Part shown: positions 61,627-64,000 of the stretch, piece by piece
How the letters are laid out: each line of letters opens with the position of its first letter
How positions within the stretch are numbered: the first letter of the stretch is position 1
Source of the DNA: Candidatus Eiseniibacteriota bacterium
GTDB taxonomy: Bacteria; Eisenbacteria; RBG-16-71-46; CAVPCR01
Direction of reading: 5' to 3'
Assembly (NCBI GenBank): GCA_963702435.1
Contig: CAVPCR010000004.1
Span: 694,752-758,751 of the forward strand
Length of the DNA: 64,000 nucleotides
Position numbers and translations under genes: made by a program
The notes under the pieces: model-generated
Database searches by the model: none
What the model was told of the DNA's origin: nothing
Seen by the model: the letters and a program-made list of their open reading frames with translations, nothing else

Positions 61627-62343
61627 ATGAAACTACCCACGCACAAGGCACCACCCAAGCAGGATCTCGCCGACCTGTCTGTCTTGGTCTACGGGCCGAC
61701 GAAAATCGGCAAGTCGACCTGGTGCTCGCACGCAGACGGCGCGCTCTTCCTCGCCACCGAGCCGGGCCTCAACTCTCTGGAGGTCTTCCAGCTGCCGCTC
61801 CGCACGTGGGAGGAGTTCCTGGATGCCTGTGGTGAGATCGGTCGAGGCGGCCATGCGTTCAAGACGATCGTCGTGGACACGGTCGACAACGCGTACCGGC
61901 ATGTGCGCGACCATATCTGCGCCAAGTACAGGGTCGAGCACGAGTCTGATCTCTCGTACGGGAAGGGCTACGCGCTCATCAACAACGAGTTTCAGCGGGT
62001 GCTCACCAAGTTGGCCTTCCTGCCCTACGGCCTGTTCCTGATCTCGCACTCCCAGGAGAAGGAGATCGAGACGCGAACTGGCAAGCGGACCCGGATCGTC
62101 CCGACGCTCCCGGACAGCGCCCGCAAGATCGTGCTGGGCATGGTCGACCTGATCCTCTTCTGCGACGTGGAAGTGGTCGACGGCGCGGACGGCAAGCCGG
62201 TGTCCCGGCGCGTCATGCGGACCAAGCCCAGCCTCAACTACGAGGCCGGCGACCGCACGGGGCGATTGCCCGAGACCATCGACCTGGACTTTCCGACGTT
62301 CCTGCCGCATTTCGTTCCGGCACGTCAACGACCGTTCCGGTAG
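61627..62343 (+). CDS. AAA_24 / phage Sak4-like ATP-binding protein
   Basis: LVYGPTKIGKST (Walker A), TIVVDTVD (Walker B), LISH, AGDRTG; SD AAGGAGG. Confidence 0.85.
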   Translation: MKLPTHKAPPKQDLADLSVLVYGPTKIGKSTWCSHADGALFLATEPGLNSLEVFQLPLRTWEEFLDACGEIGRGGHAFKTIVVDTVDNAYRHVRDHICAKYRVEHESDLSYGKGYALINNEFQRVLTKLAFLPYGLFLISHSQEKEIETRTGKRTRIVPTLPDSARKIVLGMVDLILFCDVEVVDGADGKPVSRRVMRTKPSLNYEAGDRTGRLPETIDLDFPTFLPHFVPARQRPFR

Positions 62344-62346
62344 ATA
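62317..62346 (+). promoter_or_regulatory. Element motif copy 3 (candidate sigma-dependent promoter)
   Basis: CCGGCACGTC-aacgaccgtt-CCGGTAGATA overlapping the AAA_24 stop, upstream of the DUF669-like gene. Confidence 0.6.
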
Positions 62347-62369
62347 ACAATGAAAGGAGACTGCAAACC

Positions 62370-62835
62370 ATGACAACCGAAAACCGCACACACGACATCG
62401 ACGCCATCGACCTGGCCGAGTTCGATGACGACTTCGCCGCTGCCGAAGTCGAAGCCCGAGCCCGTCCCCGACGGGAAGTACCAAGTGACCATCGAGAGGG
62501 TGGAACTGACCCGGGCCAGAAGTGGGCACCCGATGCTCAAGTGGACCCTCCGCATCCTGAACGGACCCTTCGGCACCGGTGCCTGTTCCGGCACAACATG
62601 ATCGTCACGCCGGAGAACATGAAGTGGCTGAAGACGGATCTGCACAGCTGCGGGCTGGAGCTCGAGAGGCTCTCCGACTTCCCGGCAACCTGGAGCAGCT
62701 CCTGGACGTGAAGCTCGAGGTCACGAAGCGAACGAAGGGCGAGAACGAGAACGTCTACATCAATCGCCGCATCGAGATCGAGATGTCCAGGACAACTACG
62801 AGCGAGCGGCCGAAGCCGCGCGGGGCCAGCTCTGA
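62370..62835 (+). CDS. DUF669-like phage ssDNA-binding protein (apparent indels)
   Basis: Acidic N-terminus, VPDGKYQVTIERVEL...SG.PMLKWTLRI, LKTDL..CGL, NENVYIN; SD AAAGGAGA; follows AAA_24. Confidence 0.7.
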
Positions 62836-63264
62836 CCGGCTCCCGATCGTAGTAATCGACACGCGGGAGCAAGAACCCTATGCCTTCAGTCCCGAGCGGA
62901 TCAAGACCACTCGCCGGGCGCTCCCGGCAGGGGATTATCGGTCGAGGGCCTCGAAACCCAAGTGGCGGTGGAGCGAAAGACGCTCGACGATTTCGTCTCC
63001 ACCGCCATCTGGTCTCGGCAACGGTTCCATCGCGAGTTGGCACGACTCAAGACGTACCCGGCGTCCTGCGTCGTCGTGGAAGGCGGCCTCGACGACCTGC
63101 TGCACGGTCGGTTCCGGAGCAACGCGAACCCGAGCACCATTCTCGGAGTCGCAGTGTCGCTCATCCTCGACTGGGGAGTCCCGGTCTTCTTCTGTTCGAA
63201 TCGGCAGGCGGCGCGCGCGTTCGTCGAGCGGTACCTGCTGCGCTGCCACAGGAAATACGCGTGA
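62830..63264 (+). CDS. ERCC4-domain nuclease (start uncertain; apparent indel near 62940)
   Basis: IVVIDTREQ, LPAGDY, AVERKTLDDF, VVVEG. Confidence 0.85.
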
Positions 63265-64000
63265 TGACGAAGACGGCGATTACCGTTCGTGGCGTGGTCG
63301 AGGAAGTCTTCTCTCGTCCCCGGTTTTCCGCTGGCCGCCTGCGCACCGATAATGGCGCGGCGGTCTCCTTTGCGGGCCCCGCGTACGTGCGACAACACGA
63401 GCAGCTGATCTTGCGGGGGCCATGGAAGCAGCATCCCATCTACGGGCCACAGATCGCCGTCGAGAGCGTCGAGTACGACATCGAGCTCGATGTCGACGGT
63501 CTCGCGCACTACCTGGCCAACCACCCGGACATCAAGGGGATCGGCCCGGCGAAGGCCCGGCTCATCGCCGAGAAGTTCGGCCGCAACTTCGATCGGGCGA
63601 TCCAGGAGGAGCCTGAGTCGGTCGCCCGCGTAGCGGGCCTCTCGGAAGAGGCCATGACGAACCTGCGCGCGCAGTGGCTCAAGACCCATGGGCTGAACAG
63701 GGCGAAGGCCATGCTCGCCGGCTAAGGGCTGACCCACTATCAGGTTCAGACCCTGGTCGAGAAGCTCGGCAACAGCGCACCCGCCGTGCTGCGTGATGAT
63801 CCTTACTCCATCATCTGTGAGATCCCCGGCCTCGGCTTCAAGCGCGTGGACCAAATCGCGAGGAAGATCGGGACGCCCAAGGAGCACGACTCCCGATTGC
63901 GGGCCGGCATCCTCTATTGCGTCGAGGAGGCGCTGGATGATGGCAACACGTCGTCGGGCGCGAGTCGCTGATCAGGGAGGCGAATCAACTTCTGGTCCTC
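63264..64000 (+). CDS. RecD2-like helicase, N-terminal part (in-frame TAA at 63723; truncated by window)
   Basis: GPWKQHPIYGPQ, HhH IKGIGPAKA, DPYSI...IPGLGFKRVDQIA, RLRAGILY. Confidence 0.85.

Larger units (their letters stand above)
55604..64000. mobile_element. Integrated genomic island / prophage-like element downstream of tRNA-Asn (continues beyond window; left boundary approximate)
   Basis: Large serine recombinase, phage-type recombination/replication genes, visibly lower GC and different codon usage than host genes, adjacency to a tRNA. Confidence 0.85.

Overview
High-GC Gram-negative bacterial chromosome segment. An LPS-type GT9 glycosyltransferase and a secreted protein with a FlgD-Ig-like C-terminus suggest an FCB-adjacent lineage such as Eisenbacteria, Krumholzibacteriota or Latescibacterota (inference only). 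1-14.3 kb: radA, SDR, GT4, GT9, ispD, ispF, a DUF4838-like protein, a secreted M4/M36-type metallopeptidase, ddl and cysS. 14.8-50.2 kb: a fully contiguous translation/transcription supercluster (tRNA-Thr/Tyr/Gly/Thr, tuf, rpmG, secE, nusG, rplKAJL, rpoBC, str with a second tuf, then the S10, spc and alpha operons). It carries many single-base indels, densest at about 17-38.4 kb, almost certainly long-read assembly errors. 50.2-55.5 kb: GHL10-like lipoprotein, YbjT-like protein, M20 amidohydrolase, OMP beta-barrel and tRNA-Asn. From about 55.6 kb to the window end: the left part of an integrated element (DUF2924-like protein, large serine recombinase, ECF-like sigma factor, AAA_24 ATPase, DUF669-like protein, ERCC4 nuclease, RecD2-like helicase). 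The most interesting signal is an apparent self-contained regulatory circuit in this element. Three identically spaced copies of CCGNCACNTC-N10-CCGGTANATA precede the recombinase and replication/recombination genes (candidate promoters for the element's own sigma factor). The sigma gene's leader can form mutually exclusive terminator/antiterminator and start-codon-sequestering helices. A three-way-junction RNA with a pseudoknot precedes an orphan gene. All family assignments are from motif recognition; no database searches or folding programs were run.
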